Origin: an uncultured Actinomycetes bacterium
Lineage (GTDB): Bacteria > Actinomycetota > Actinomycetes > S36-B12
DNA length: 64,000 nucleotides
Direction: 5' to 3'
NCBI GenBank assembly: GCA_963777085.1
Contig: CAVZPI010000017.1
Location: 81,615 to 145,614, forward strand
How positions within the stretch are numbered: position 1 is the first letter of the stretch; every line of letters starts with the position of its first letter. Both the position numbers and the translations under genes were made by a program. The notes under the pieces are model-generated. The model did not search any database, was not told where the DNA came from, and was given only the letters and a program-made list of their open reading frames with translations. Below, piece by piece: positions 1-12,018 of the stretch.

Positions 1-23
1 CCCGGAAGGCGCTGGCGGACGGC

Positions 24-377
24 ATGGTGGCCCGCGAGGAGGAGCCCTTGACGTGGTCGGGGCAGGACCCGGAGAGCGAGGTGGGCGGGCACCTCGAGTC
101 GACGCTGTCCTGGGCGGCCGGGCTGGATGCCCACCGGGAGCTCGAGCCGGAGGTGTCGCCGCCGTCCGAGCCCGGTGTCGTGGCCGAGCCTGAGCAGTTC
201 GGTGCTGCGAAGCAGGAGCTCGAGACCGCCGAGTTCGAGGTCGCCGAGCTCATGGTCGCCGAGTTGCGGGAGGTTCTCCACGAGGCCGTCGCAGCGGAGC
301 GCGAGGCCATCCTGTTCGCCGCCGTCACGCGGCAGCGGCTGGCGGAGGCCAGGAAGATCCTCGCCGCGCTCGGGTGA
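24..377 (+). CDS. hypothetical acidic Ala/Glu-rich protein, probably the C-terminal end of a gene starting upstream of the window
   Basis: The frame stays open back to nt 3. No recognisable family. Confidence 0.3.
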   Translation: MVAREEEPLTWSGQDPESEVGGHLESTLSWAAGLDAHRELEPEVSPPSEPGVVAEPEQFGAAKQELETAEFEVAELMVAELREVLHEAVAAEREAILFAAVTRQRLAEARKILAALG

Positions 378-694
378 GTCGGGCCGCACCGATGCCACAC
401 GGCTGTCCCATCCCTCACGGGTGGACGGCCGTTGGCATCGGTCCACGGCAGGAATGCGGCAAGCGAAGTGGAATCAACTGGGCCCTCAGATATCGAGTAG
501 GCAGTCCCACACGTCGGCACCGAAGTTCTGCTCTCCTGACGCATCCGTGGGTGCTTTGAGGGACTCGTGAACGGGCGCACGCCGCCGCTCCTGCCGGGCC
601 GGTCGGCGCGCAACATTCCCACCCTTTGTAGGAGCATGGCCTCGGCGTTGGTGCATCAGGCACGGGATGCCGGGGTGGAGCGGAGGATTGCGTA

Positions 695-1237
695 ATGCGT
701 ATACGTCGCATCGTGGCGAGTGTCGCGGCGGGACTGATGGTGGCTGCCGGCGTTTCCCTGGTTGCGGCCCCTGCAGCAAGCGCTAGTCAAACGTGGGTGC
801 AGTCGTTCCAGCGTTCGGGGCCGGATGCGCCCTGCACCGCGCCTGTGGAGTTGAGCATCGACTGGCAGGACGGCTGGACGGGCTCGCCGGATTGGACTGC
901 CTCGTGGGAGCAGTGGCCCAGCAACGGCCAAGGCGGTTGGACATGTACGCGCTCGATCACCTGGGCCAAGGACTCCCCGGCTCCCTTCCCCTCCGGGGCG
1001 TGTATTCAAGGATCGCCAGCAGAGTGGCTTCAGTTCAATGGCGGCTGGAATCTGCCGGTGGGGTCGCCTGACTACGACGATGTCCTTTGCACTCATCAGA
1101 CGTCAACAATCGTCTTTGACGTCGTGTACGCCCCAAGTGGATTCGATGCCACCGCGTTGTGTATCGAGGCCTTCGGGACTGCCCAGGACTTGGTGGACTT
1201 CGGGTATCCCGTTTACGGGTGCAGGCACTACGTCTGA
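695..1237 (+). CDS. secreted hypothetical protein
   Basis: The N-terminus MRIRRIVASVAAGLMVAAGVSLVAAPAASA looks like a Sec signal peptide with an AxA site. The mature part is Trp/Cys-rich. Confidence 0.6.
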   Translation: MRIRRIVASVAAGLMVAAGVSLVAAPAASASQTWVQSFQRSGPDAPCTAPVELSIDWQDGWTGSPDWTASWEQWPSNGQGGWTCTRSITWAKDSPAPFPSGACIQGSPAEWLQFNGGWNLPVGSPDYDDVLCTHQTSTIVFDVVYAPSGFDATALCIEAFGTAQDLVDFGYPVYGCRHYV

Positions 1238-1467
1238 CACGTAGCTCCGCGTCCCAAGGAGCATCGTGAATCGGTCCCGTCGTTGTTCGATGGGGCCGAT
1301 TCGTTGTTCCACGTCCGGAGCAGGCTGGGCGAAGGAGCGGTACGACGCGTGGCCGATTGGCCGGGGTCGGCGCCTGACTCAGTCCTCCCGCTCGGGGAAC
1401 GGGAAGTCGCAAGTGGTTCAAGAAGTGGGATCAAGTTTCGTTGGCACCCCCTTTCCACGAGGCGAAG

Positions 1468-1540
1468 TGCGCCCGGAGGGACTCGAACCCCCAACCGACC
1501 GGGTAGAAACCGGTTGCTCTATCCGTTGAGCTACGGGCGC
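1468..1540 (-). tRNA. tRNA-Arg (anticodon TCT)
   Basis: The reverse complement GCGCCCGTAGCTCAACGGATAGAGCAACCGGTTTCTACCCGGTCGGTTGGGGGTTCGAGTCCCTCCGGGCGCA folds by hand into a 73-nt cloverleaf. It has a 7-bp acceptor stem, a GCTC/GAGC D stem, an ACCGG/CCGGT anticodon stem with loop TTTCTAC, and a GGTTCGAGTCC T arm. Confidence 0.92.
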
Positions 1541-1647
1541 TGGTCCGACCATTCTTCCCTGTTGCGCGGCGTCGTGGGCGACGGGCTCGCCAACGACTCG
1601 GCTTTCGCGGATTCGCGACTGTCAGAGGGCGATTGTAGCCTCCAGAC

Positions 1648-3235
1648 ATGTTGGATACCAACGACTTCGACGTTGACTGGCTGTCGGCGGACCTGGAGGG
1701 GTTCGCTGCCGAGTGCCCGTTCGAGGATGCCGAGGCGGTCGAAGTGCTCGAGGATGATCCGTGGTTCGCCGACGTGGACGCGTCAGCCGACGCCGGGCGC
1801 CTGGCGCCGCGGGAGGTCCTCGATCGGCTGCTGGTGAGGGCGCCCGATGCCTACGTGGTGGCCCGGCTGGCCGGCATCGACGTGGCGAGCCTCTCGCCGG
1901 CGGAAGCGGTGGTGTTCCTGCAGGTCGCCCAGCGCACGGAGGCCTGGCACGCGGCCCTGCAGATGAGGGCGTACGTGGCGGCCGGATCCGGCCATGCACA
2001 GGTCGAGGAGCTGCTGGTGCTGGACCCGCGCCCGGATCACGAGGCAGAGCGGCTGCTCCGGCTCGAGGATGCGTGCCGGGAGGAGCTCTCGGCGGCGCTG
2101 CGCTCGAGCGGCCAGGCGACCCACGACGCCCTGACCACCGCGCGGCTGCTCGCCGGGCCGTTGGCGACGACGATGGATGCCCTTGAGTCGGGAGCGATCA
2201 CGCGGGGCCATGCGAGGGTCGTGGTGGAGGCGGTGCGGAGGCTGCCTGGCTGCCACGCGTTCGATCGGTCCCGGTGCGACGTCGCAGCGGTCATGCCATG
2301 TCCAGGAGCGTGCCGAGTTCACGCGGATGTGCGCGCAGCTGCAGGACAGGGTCGTGCCCGTGGCCACTCGCGGCACGATGTCGCAGGCCCGCAGTGCGGC
2401 TCGTCGCGCGGTCCTGGCGATCGACTCCCAGGGCGAGGCCCGACGCCGTGCTGCGGCCCGCAGGGTCCGGGATGCCTTCGTCGTCAACGAGGAGGACGGC
2501 CTCGCGCTGTTCGCCGTCCGCCTGGCGGCCGAGCACGCGCACGCCTGCCTCGCGGTGGTTGACGCCCTGGCCCACGACAACCGCTTCGTGGGCCAGGGCG
2601 ACGTCACCGTCGGCGAGCGCCGGGCACGGGCGGCCGTCGCGCTGATCCTCGATGCCGGACGAAGCGCGGTCGGCCTCCCCGAACCGCAGTTGCGGGCGCA
2701 CCTGGACGTCACCATCGACCTCGACACCCTCCTCGACCTCCAGCGTCCCGGCGCGGGGGCGGCGCAGATCGCCGGCGTCGGTCCGGTCGGCGCCGACGTC
2801 GTCCGCGACCTGATCGCGGACCCGGACGTCACGCTCACGATGCGCCGGCTCGTGACCGACCCGCTGACCGGGCATCTGCTCGACCTCGGCCGCACCCGGT
2901 ACGAGGTCACCGGTCGGCTGCGCGAGTTCCTCACCGTCCGCGACCGGACCTGCCGCTTCCCGGGCTGTGGGCGAAGGGCCGCCAGGTGCCAGCTCGACCA
3001 TGCCGAGGCGTGGGCCGACGGTGGTGCGACGAATCCCTCGAATCTGGGCGCCCTGTGCCTGCGGCATCACCAGATGAAGACCCATGGCGGCTGGGCCATT
3101 GCCTCCGCCCGTGCCGACGGCTCCTGCAGCTGGACCTCCCCATACGGCCACGAGTACGAGCGCCGTCCGGAGCCGGTCGGTATCCCCTCCGCCAGGTCGC
3201 CCGATCCGGATCCTGGCGATCCGCCGCCCGGCTAG
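1648..3235 (+). pseudogene. DUF222-type HNH endonuclease (REP13E12-like family), frameshifted
   Basis: The N-terminal DUF222-like part is in frame 1 (ORF 1648-2562). The C-terminal part is in frame 2 (ORF 2177-3235) and ends with the HNH motif CRFPGCGRRAARCQLDHAEAW...LCLRHHQMKTHGGW. The frame switch lies somewhere in about 2240-2310. Confidence 0.8.
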
Positions 3236-3858
3236 TGGCCGCGGGCCTCCCACTCGTCGATGTGGTCGGCCGCCTCGCCGATCGTCGTCGAGTCGCCATG
3301 CCCGGTGTGCACCACCGTCTCGCGCGGCAGGACGAGCAGGCTCGTGCGGATCGACTCCGCCAGGGTCGGGAAGTCGCTGAAGGACCGACCCGTGGCCCCG
3401 GGTCCGCCGGCGAACAGGGTGTCGCCGCTGAAGACGACGCCGAGTGCCGGCACGTAGAGGCAGCAGCACCCCGGCGCATGACCCGGCGTGTGCAGCACGT
3501 GCACGTCGACCCCGCCGACTCGGATGATCTGGCCGTCGGCGAGCTCGCCGTCCGGCTCGACATCCGGATGCGTCAGGGCCCACACCGGCAAGTCGTCGGG
3601 ATGCAGCAGCACGGGTGCGCCGGTGGCCGCGGCGAGCGCCGGGGCCACGCGCACGTGGTCGTCATGGGCGTGCGTGCACACGATCGCGACGACCTGCCTG
3701 CCGTCCACGACCGCGAGGATCGCGTCGACGTCGTGCGGCGCGTCGATCACGATGCACTCGCTGTCATCGCCGACGACCCAGACGTTGTTGTCGACGTCGA
3801 ACGTCTCGCCGTCGAGGGAGAAGGTGCCGGACGTCACCGCGTGGTCGATGCGCGCCAT
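3232..3858 (-). CDS. MBL-fold metallo-hydrolase (glyoxalase II-like; candidate S-formylmycothiol hydrolase)
   Basis: Carries the THAHDDH metal-binding motif. The start MARIDH overlaps the stop of the upstream dehydrogenase (TGATG). The longer 532-aa track ORF is an Arg/Pro-rich extension artefact. Confidence 0.85.
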   Translation of the reverse strand: MARIDHAVTSGTFSLDGETFDVDNNVWVVGDDSECIVIDAPHDVDAILAVVDGRQVVAIVCTHAHDDHVRVAPALAAATGAPVLLHPDDLPVWALTHPDVEPDGELADGQIIRVGGVDVHVLHTPGHAPGCCCLYVPALGVVFSGDTLFAGGPGATGRSFSDFPTLAESIRTSLLVLPRETVVHTGHGDSTTIGEAADHIDEWEARGH

Positions 3859-4943
3859 CACAGGACCACGACCGAGCGCAGCACCTCTCCGTGATGCATC
3901 TTGGTGAAGGCCTCCTCCACGTCGGCGAGCCCGATCTCCTCGGAGACGAACCTCTCCAGCGGCAGGCGACCCTGCAGGTAGAGGTCGATGAGCAGCGGGA
4001 AGTCCCGGCTCGGCAGGCAGTCTCCGTACCAGCTCGACTTCAGGGAGCCGCCGCGGCCGAAGACGTCGAGCAGCGGGAGGTCGATGCGCATGTCGGGCGT
4101 CGGGACGCCGACGAGCACGACCGTGCCGGCGAGGTCGCGGGAGTAGAAGGCCTGCGTCCAGGTCTGGGGGCTGCCGACGGCGTCGATGACCACGTCCGCG
4201 CCGAAGCCGCCCGTGTGCTCGCGAATCGCCTCGACCACGTCCATCTGCCTGGCATTGACCAGGTGCGTTGCGCCGAATTCGGCCGCGGTGGCGAGCTTGC
4301 GCGGGTCGACGTCCACGGCGATGACGCGTGTCGCCCCTGCCAGCACGCTGCCGGCGATCGCCGCCGCACCCACTCCGCCGCAGCCGATGACGGCCACCGA
4401 GTCGCCTCGCGTGACGCCGCCCGTGTTGATGGCCGCCCCGAGCCCGGCCATCACGCCGCAGCCGAGCAGCCCGGCCACGGCGGGGGCGGCGACGGGATCG
4501 ACCTTCGTGCACTGCCCGGCGTGCACGAGCGTCTTCTCGATGAAGGCGCCGATGCCCAGGGCGGGGGACAGCTCGGTGCCGTCCTCGAGGGTCATCCGCT
4601 GTGCGGCGTTGTGCGTCGCGAAGCAGTACTGGGGCCGGCCGCGAAGGCAGGCGCGGCAGTTGCCGCACACCGCTCGCCAGTTCAGGATGACGAAGTCGCC
4701 GGGCGCGACGTCCGTCACGCCCTCTCCGACCTCCTCGACGATGCCCGACGCCTCGTGGCCGAGCAGGAAGGGGAACTCGTCGTTGATCCCGCCCTCGCGG
4801 TAGTGCAGGTCGGTGTGGCAGACACCGCATGCCAGGACCCGGACGATCGCCTCGCCGGGGCCGGGATCGGGCACGATGATCGTGGCGATCTCGACGGGCG
4901 CACCCTTGCTGCGGGCGATGACGCCCCGGACGGTGTACGGCAT
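3858..4943 (-). CDS. S-(hydroxymethyl)mycothiol dehydrogenase (class III Zn-dependent alcohol dehydrogenase)
   Basis: Shows the GVCHTDLHY and [12 protein letters not shown] zinc-ADH motifs and a GCGGVG Rossmann motif. Start chosen at MPYTVRG. Pairing with an MBL hydrolase is a conserved actinobacterial arrangement. Confidence 0.9.
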   Translation of the reverse strand: MPYTVRGVIARSKGAPVEIATIIVPDPGPGEAIVRVLACGVCHTDLHYREGGINDEFPFLLGHEASGIVEEVGEGVTDVAPGDFVILNWRAVCGNCRACLRGRPQYCFATHNAAQRMTLEDGTELSPALGIGAFIEKTLVHAGQCTKVDPVAAPAVAGLLGCGVMAGLGAAINTGGVTRGDSVAVIGCGGVGAAAIAGSVLAGATRVIAVDVDPRKLATAAEFGATHLVNARQMDVVEAIREHTGGFGADVVIDAVGSPQTWTQAFYSRDLAGTVVLVGVPTPDMRIDLPLLDVFGRGGSLKSSWYGDCLPSRDFPLLIDLYLQGRLPLERFVSEEIGLADVEEAFTKMHHGEVLRSVVVL

Positions 4944-4999
4944 GGTCGGCCTTCCTCGGTGCGGCTGCGTGAAGGTGAATGATGCCGCACCGGGCGCTG

Positions 5000-5695
5000 T
5001 CAGGCGCAGGCCGGTGCCCTCGCCACGCGGTCGGCGAGGATCTCGACGAGATGGGCCGACTCGCACAGCGGCGGGCTCTTCGACCGGCCCGCGGCGTGGA
5101 TGGCCACGCGGTCGTCGAGGGTGCCGGGGAACAGCAGGAGCGTGCCGACGACCGGCTCGCGTGCGCTGCTCGCGTTCACCGCAGTGATGGCGGCGGTGAC
5201 GCCCGGGGATGCCTGTGCCGCGTACGCGGCCACGACCTGCGCGCCGCGACGGCGCTGCCAGGACGCGGCCAGCGCGCGGAGGTCGGCCTGGGCCCGCTTG
5301 TCGCTCGTTCCGGCGGCGGCGAGGACGGCGGGCCCGTCGGCTGGGAGCGCATCCTCGAGCGCGTCGAGCAGCCGCTCGTCGAGGCCGATCGGCGCCGTGA
5401 CGACGATGTCGACCCGGTGCGCGAGTCGCGCGCTCGCCACGGTGCCGGGCACGTCGCTGCGGGCGTGGAAGGCGTTGCTCAGGAGCATCGGGACGACGAC
5501 GACGCTGTCGGCGCCGCCTGCGTCCAGGTGCCGCCCGATCGCGGCCGGCAGGCTCGGCCAGTCATGGTCGAGGAAGGCGGCCCGAACGACGGGTCCGGTC
5601 AGCCGCTGCTCGAGTCGACGCGCCACGTCGTGCGTCGCCGCCGCGGCGCGCCGGTCGGGGCTGCCGTGTGCGAGCAGCACCACCAGGTCGCTCAT
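5000..5695 (-). CDS. sirohydrochlorin chelatase (CbiX/SirB family)
   Basis: The N-terminus [16 protein letters not shown] and the [14 protein letters not shown] motif are typical of CbiX. An ATGA overlap links it to the upstream siroheme synthase gene. Confidence 0.8.
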   Translation of the reverse strand: MSDLVVLLAHGSPDRRAAAATHDVARRLEQRLTGPVVRAAFLDHDWPSLPAAIGRHLDAGGADSVVVVPMLLSNAFHARSDVPGTVASARLAHRVDIVVTAPIGLDERLLDALEDALPADGPAVLAAAGTSDKRAQADLRALAASWQRRRGAQVVAAYAAQASPGVTAAITAVNASSAREPVVGTLLLFPGTLDDRVAIHAAGRSKSPPLCESAHLVEILADRVARAPACA

Positions 5696-6909
5696 GCGCT
5701 CGCCCCGACCGTGGTGATCTCGGCGGCGAGCAGCGTCGGGACGCTGACCACGTCGCCGATGACGATGACCGCGGGGTTGGTCACGCCGATGCGGCCCGCG
5801 GTGGCGGCGATCGTCTCCAGGGTGCCGACCGTCACGCGCTGCTCCGGGGTCGACGCGCGCTCGATGATCGCGACCGGTGTCGTCGCGTCCTTGCCCTCGG
5901 TCACCAGTCCGGCGACGAGGGCGGGCAGCGACCTGACGCCCATGAGCACGACGAGGGTCAGGTCGAGCTGCGCCAGGGCGCGGACGTCGCGCAGTTCGTG
6001 CCCGGTGATCACCGCGTACCCGTTCGACAGGCCGCGATGGGTGACCGGGATGCCCGCGAAGGCCGGGGCGGCGACCGCTGAGCTGATCCCCGGGATCACG
6101 TCGACCGCGAGACCAGCCGCCACGCATGCCTGCACCTCCTCGCAGCCGCGGCCGAACACGAAGGGGTCGCCCCCCTTGAGACGCACCACGCGCAGGCCGC
6201 GGCGGGCGCGGTCGACCAGCACGGTGTTGATCTCGTCCTGGGTGAGGGTGTGCCTTCCCGGGCCCTTGCCGGCGTCGACGCGCTCGACGTCGGGGTCCAG
6301 CGCCTCGAGCAGCGCGGTCGGGCCGAGCCGGTCGTAGACGACGACATCGGCGCGGGCCAGTTCCCGGCGGCCGCGGACCGTGATGAGGTCCGGATCGCCC
6401 GGACCACCGCCGATCAGCACGACGCGACCGTCGCCCCTGCGGCGGCGGCGCACGGGGAGCAGTCCGCCCGCGAGCTGGTCCTCCACGGCGTCCCTGATGG
6501 CGATCGCGCGTCGCGGGTCGGCGTTCGCGGTGACGGCGACCGTCACGTCGTCGACCCGCGCCACGGCCGGCGTCCACGCCTCCGATAGGGCCGCGTCGTC
6601 GGCCCGGATGCACCAGGTGCGCCGCGCGAACGCCTCCTCGGCGACCGCGTCGTCGACCGCCTTGTCGCCGGTGGCGGCGTGCACGAGCCACGCGTCGTCC
6701 GCATCACCGAACCGGTAGGCCCGCTCGATGAGCGTGATCCTCCCGTCGTCGGCCCACCGGCGCACGTCCGCCCCCGCCGTGGCGGCGACGACGGTGACCC
6801 GCGCACCCGCGTCGACCAGCGCCCGGGCGCGACGAGTGCCCACGCGACCGGCACCGACCACGACGACGTGCTTGCCGGTGACATTGAGCGAGATCGGATA
6901 CGTGGTCAT
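5692..6909 (-). CDS. cysG: bifunctional precorrin-2 dehydrogenase / uroporphyrinogen-III C-methyltransferase (siroheme synthase-like)
   Basis: The N-terminal NAD fold is VVVVGAGRVGTRRARALVDAGARVTVV. The C-terminal SUMT motifs are VVLIGGGPGDPDLITVRG and RLKGGDPFVFGRG. ATGA overlaps at both ends. Confidence 0.85.
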   Translation of the reverse strand: MTTYPISLNVTGKHVVVVGAGRVGTRRARALVDAGARVTVVAATAGADVRRWADDGRITLIERAYRFGDADDAWLVHAATGDKAVDDAVAEEAFARRTWCIRADDAALSEAWTPAVARVDDVTVAVTANADPRRAIAIRDAVEDQLAGGLLPVRRRRRGDGRVVLIGGGPGDPDLITVRGRRELARADVVVYDRLGPTALLEALDPDVERVDAGKGPGRHTLTQDEINTVLVDRARRGLRVVRLKGGDPFVFGRGCEEVQACVAAGLAVDVIPGISSAVAAPAFAGIPVTHRGLSNGYAVITGHELRDVRALAQLDLTLVVLMGVRSLPALVAGLVTEGKDATTPVAIIERASTPEQRVTVGTLETIAATAGRIGVTNPAVIVIGDVVSVPTLLAAEITTVGASA

Positions 6910-7619
6910 GCGTGCAACCCGCACTCGGTCTTGCCCAGGCCGCGCCAGCGGCCGGCGCGCGGGTCGTCGCCCGCGCCGACGGGGTGCGTGCACGGTGCGC
7001 AGCCGATGGAGGGGTAGCCCTCGTACATCAGCGTGTTGACCGTGACGTCGTTCTCGAGCGTGTAGCGCAGCAGCTGGATGTCCGACCAGTGCAGCATGGG
7101 GGCGATCTTGAGCACGCCGCGCCGCTCGTCGAACTGGACCACCGGCGTGACCGCGCGGTGCGGGGCCGCCGCGATGCGCAGTCCGGAGATCCAGGCGTCG
7201 TAGCCCAGGAGCACCTCCTCCATGGGCTCGACCTTGCGGAGCCTGCAGCACAGGTCGGGGTCGGTGCGCCACAGGTCGGCTCCGTGCTCGGCATCCTGCT
7301 CGGCGACCGTCTGGCGCGGGGTGATGCTGAGCAGCGTCAGGCTGCTGCGGGCCAGGAGGTCGTCGCGGGTGCGCAGCGTCTCGTCGAAGTGGTAGCCGGT
7401 GTCGAGGAAGGCGACGGGGATCCCGGGCGCCACCTTGCTCACCAGATGGGCGAGGGCCGTGTTGGCCATCGACTGCGTGACCAGGACGCGAGTCCCGAAT
7501 GTCTCGTCCGCCCACCGGATGATCTCCTGCGCGCGGGCGCCGGCGAGATCGACCGACGCATAGCGCGCGAGGATGCGCAGGTCCTCCGCCTGGTACGGCT
7601 CCGCGGTGCGCGGCCTCAC
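6906..7619 (-). CDS. cysH: phosphoadenosine/adenosine 5'-phosphosulfate reductase
   Basis: Has the C-terminal ECGLH motif and a CC..K..P region typical of CysH. The GTG start overlaps the sulfite reductase stop (GTGA). Confidence 0.9.
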   Translation of the reverse strand: MRPRTAEPYQAEDLRILARYASVDLAGARAQEIIRWADETFGTRVLVTQSMANTALAHLVSKVAPGIPVAFLDTGYHFDETLRTRDDLLARSSLTLLSITPRQTVAEQDAEHGADLWRTDPDLCCRLRKVEPMEEVLLGYDAWISGLRIAAAPHRAVTPVVQFDERRGVLKIAPMLHWSDIQLLRYTLENDVTVNTLMYEGYPSIGCAPCTHPVGAGDDPRAGRWRGLGKTECGLHA

Positions 7620-9292
7620 TGGATCGCCGCCTCGTCCGCCCTCAGGGCCCATTCGCCGAACGTCTCGTCGTCGGCGCGGTCGGCGAGGTAGCCGTGCACG
7701 AGGCGCTCGACGTAGTCCGGCAGCCCGTCGGCCGGCAGCCGCAGTCCCTTGACCGTGCGGCCGAAGCCGGCGTCCTGCCCGAGGCGGCCGCCCAGGTGGA
7801 CCTGGAAGCCCTCGACGTCGTTGCCGTCGGCGTCGAGGGCGCGGATGCCCTTCAGGCCGATGTCGGCGACCTGGATCCGGGTGCACGAGTTGGGGCAGCC
7901 GTTGACATGCACGGCGAGCGGCAGGTCGTACTGCGGAAGCCGGGTCTCCAGCTCGTCGATGAGGTCGGCGGCGCGCGCCTTGGTCTCCACCATCGCCAGC
8001 TTGCAGAACTCCACGCCCGTGCAGGCCATCGTGCTCCGGCGGAACGGTGACGGGTCGTCGACCTGCAGGCCGATCGCGGTCAGGCCGGTGACCAGCCGCT
8101 CGACCTGGTCCGATGTCACGTCGAGGACGACCACCTTCTGCTGGGCCGTCAGCGTGACGCGACCCGAGCCGGCGGCCTCCACGAGATCCGCGAGGGCCGT
8201 CAGGCGGGTGCCGGACAGGCGACCGACAACCGGTGCCGCACCCACGTAGTGACGCCCGTCCCTCTGCGGGTGGACGCCGACGTGGTCACGTCGCCCGTCG
8301 ACGGGGCCGGTGGGCGCCGGTCCGTCGACCAGTGCGCGGCCGAGGTACTCGTCCTGGAGCACCTGTCGGAAGCGCTCGGCGCCCCAGTCCTTGACGAGGA
8401 ACTTCAGACGCGCCTTCGTGCGCAGCCGCCGGTATCCGTAGTCGCGGAAGATGCCGATCACGCCGCCCCAGACGTCGGCCACCTCGTCGAGGGGCACCCA
8501 CGCGCCGAGCCGGACGGCCAGGTGCGGGTTGGTCGAGAGCCCGCCGCCCACCCACAGGTCGAAGCCGGGCCCGTGCTCGGGATGCACGACCCCGACGAAC
8601 GAGATGTCGTTGATCTCGTGGGCGCAGTCCAGACGCGGTGAGCCGCTGATGGAGGACTTGAACTTGCGCGGGAGGTTCGAGTACCGCGGGTCGAGCAGGT
8701 GCCGCCGCAGGATCTCGTCGATCGCGGGCGTGCCGTCGATGATCTCGTCCACGGCCACTCCCGCGACGGGCGAGCCGAGGATGACGCGCGGGACGTCGCC
8801 GCAGGCCTCGGCAGTCGACAGGCCCACCGACTCGAGCCGCCGCCAGATCTCGGGAACGTCCTCTATGCGGATCCAGTGCAGCTGGATGTTCTGCCGGTCG
8901 GAGATGTCCGCGGTGTCGCGCCCGAACTGCGTGGAGATCCTCCCGATCGTGCGCAGCTGCTCGAGGCTGAGCCGCCCGCCGTCGGAGCGCACCCGCAGCA
9001 TGAAGAACTCGTCCTCGAGCTCCTCGGGCTCGAGCGTGGCCGTCCTCCCGCCGTCGATGCCGGGACGGCGCTGCGTGTACAGGCCCCACCAGCGCAGCCG
9101 GCCGGTCAGGTCGGTGCGCGGGATGGAGCCGAAGCCCTCGCGGGCGTAGACGGTCTCGACCCGCTCGCGCACGTTCAGCCCGTCGTCCTCGGCCTTCATG
9201 GCCTCGTTGGCGTTGAGCGGCTCGCGGCCGTCGACGGCCCACTGGCCCTGGCTCTTGACGGTTCGGGTGGGGACGTCCGGGGTCGTGGTCAT
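7616..9292 (-). CDS. sirA: ferredoxin-dependent sulfite reductase (NirA/SirA type)
   Basis: A 558-aa ORF with siroheme/4Fe-4S cysteine motifs (TGVEFCKLA, VNGCPNSCTRIQ). It is first in the sirA-cysH-cysG-cbiX operon. Confidence 0.9.
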   Translation of the reverse strand: MTTTPDVPTRTVKSQGQWAVDGREPLNANEAMKAEDDGLNVRERVETVYAREGFGSIPRTDLTGRLRWWGLYTQRRPGIDGGRTATLEPEELEDEFFMLRVRSDGGRLSLEQLRTIGRISTQFGRDTADISDRQNIQLHWIRIEDVPEIWRRLESVGLSTAEACGDVPRVILGSPVAGVAVDEIIDGTPAIDEILRRHLLDPRYSNLPRKFKSSISGSPRLDCAHEINDISFVGVVHPEHGPGFDLWVGGGLSTNPHLAVRLGAWVPLDEVADVWGGVIGIFRDYGYRRLRTKARLKFLVKDWGAERFRQVLQDEYLGRALVDGPAPTGPVDGRRDHVGVHPQRDGRHYVGAAPVVGRLSGTRLTALADLVEAAGSGRVTLTAQQKVVVLDVTSDQVERLVTGLTAIGLQVDDPSPFRRSTMACTGVEFCKLAMVETKARAADLIDELETRLPQYDLPLAVHVNGCPNSCTRIQVADIGLKGIRALDADGNDVEGFQVHLGGRLGQDAGFGRTVKGLRLPADGLPDYVERLVHGYLADRADDETFGEWALRADEAAIQ

Positions 9293-9712
9293 GACGGGTC
9301 CTGTCGTGGCGTGGGAGTCTGGGAGGCGGTGGCGCTCGGCGATGCGGATGCGCGCGATCGACCCGGCCGCAGTGGCCGGGCGTGGAGGTCGGGCGAGGTG
9401 GAGTCCGGGAGACCGGGGCGATGACTACAGACAGGTCATCGAGGGCATTCGCATGAGATCGAGGTGCACCCGACGGGTGAGCAGCTTCGATGTCGCGAAC
9501 ATGTGAGCGGACATTAGCGACTCGTCGCCGTGGGGTCCAGGCGGGTTGCGGCAAGTGCGAATGCTGTGCAGGAAGCGTGCGCGGTTTCCACAGGCGTGGC
9601 CGTCGGTGGGCTCGCGGTCACAGGGTCCCTCTCGGGCGTTGTCGAGGGGTGCCGCGTTCGGGAGCCTCGGACGTGCCGGGGCAGGCCCGGCCACTGGTAG
9701 GAGGTTTCGAGG

Positions 9713-10213
9713 ATGAATGACATCACCTTCACGGTCGTGGGGAACGTCGTGACCGAGGTCGAGCTGCGCTTCACCCGGGCGGGCGACCCCGTCGCCTCGT
9801 TCCGCATCGCCAACACGGCCCGTCGATTCGATCGCGCCTCGGAGCGCTGGGTCGACGGGGACACCGCCTATTTCACGGTCTCGTGCTGGCGCAGCATGGC
9901 GCACAACGTCGTCCAGTCGCTGCAGAAGGGCATGCCGGTGATCGTCGTCGGCCGGCTGCGCAGCCGCGAGGTCGAGCATCCCTGCAAGGACCACGTGCAC
10001 ATGAGGCGCTACGTCGACATCGAGGCCACGTCGGTCGGCCCCGACCTCGCCCGCGGGACGGCCGCGTTCAAGCGGGTCAAGCGCGAGTCGGTGGTCGAGA
10101 GCGAGGAGCGCTCGGTCGCTGACGCCATGGCCGAGGCCCGGTTGCGGGCTGAGGAGGGCGTCGACCCCGAGACCGGCGAGATCCTGGCCGTCGAGCGGCC
10201 GTCCGCCGCCTGA
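9713..10213 (+). CDS. single-stranded DNA-binding protein paralog (OB fold), lacking the canonical acidic C-terminal tip
   Basis: The N-terminus MNDITFTVVGNVVTEVELRFTRAGDPVASFRIA...YFTVSCWRSMAHNV is SSB-like. An AGGAGG RBS lies 7 nt upstream. The C-terminus ends ...AVERPSAA. Confidence 0.8.
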   Translation: MNDITFTVVGNVVTEVELRFTRAGDPVASFRIANTARRFDRASERWVDGDTAYFTVSCWRSMAHNVVQSLQKGMPVIVVGRLRSREVEHPCKDHVHMRRYVDIEATSVGPDLARGTAAFKRVKRESVVESEERSVADAMAEARLRAEEGVDPETGEILAVERPSAA

Positions 10214-10312
10214 CCGGGCGTCACCCGGGCCGCGGTCGCCCGCCGGCGTCGAAGGCCGCCCGGCTCATGGGCGTGCATGGGCCGATCCTCGGCGCGGCTA
10301 GGCTCGGCCACT

Positions 10313-12010
<1,698 letters not shown>

Positions 12011-12018
12011 GCGCCTGG

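Noticed and set aside
1283-1837. 184-aa ORF spanning the tRNA-Arg locus
   Set aside because: It overlaps a well-folding tRNA on the opposite strand and has no protein-like features.
3859-6691. N-terminal extensions of track ORFs 3232-4830 and 5000-6691, and similarly of 5692-7515 and 6906-7886
   Set aside because: The extensions overlap the upstream genes in another frame and are Arg/Pro-rich. Internal starts give 4-nt overlaps with the upstream stops and full-length family-typical proteins.
9293-9712. Possible riboswitch or leader in the 420-nt region between sirA and the SSB paralog
   Set aside because: There are only short inverted repeats (for example GATGAC-N9-GTCATC). I could not match any known riboswitch consensus by eye, so it is left unannotated.
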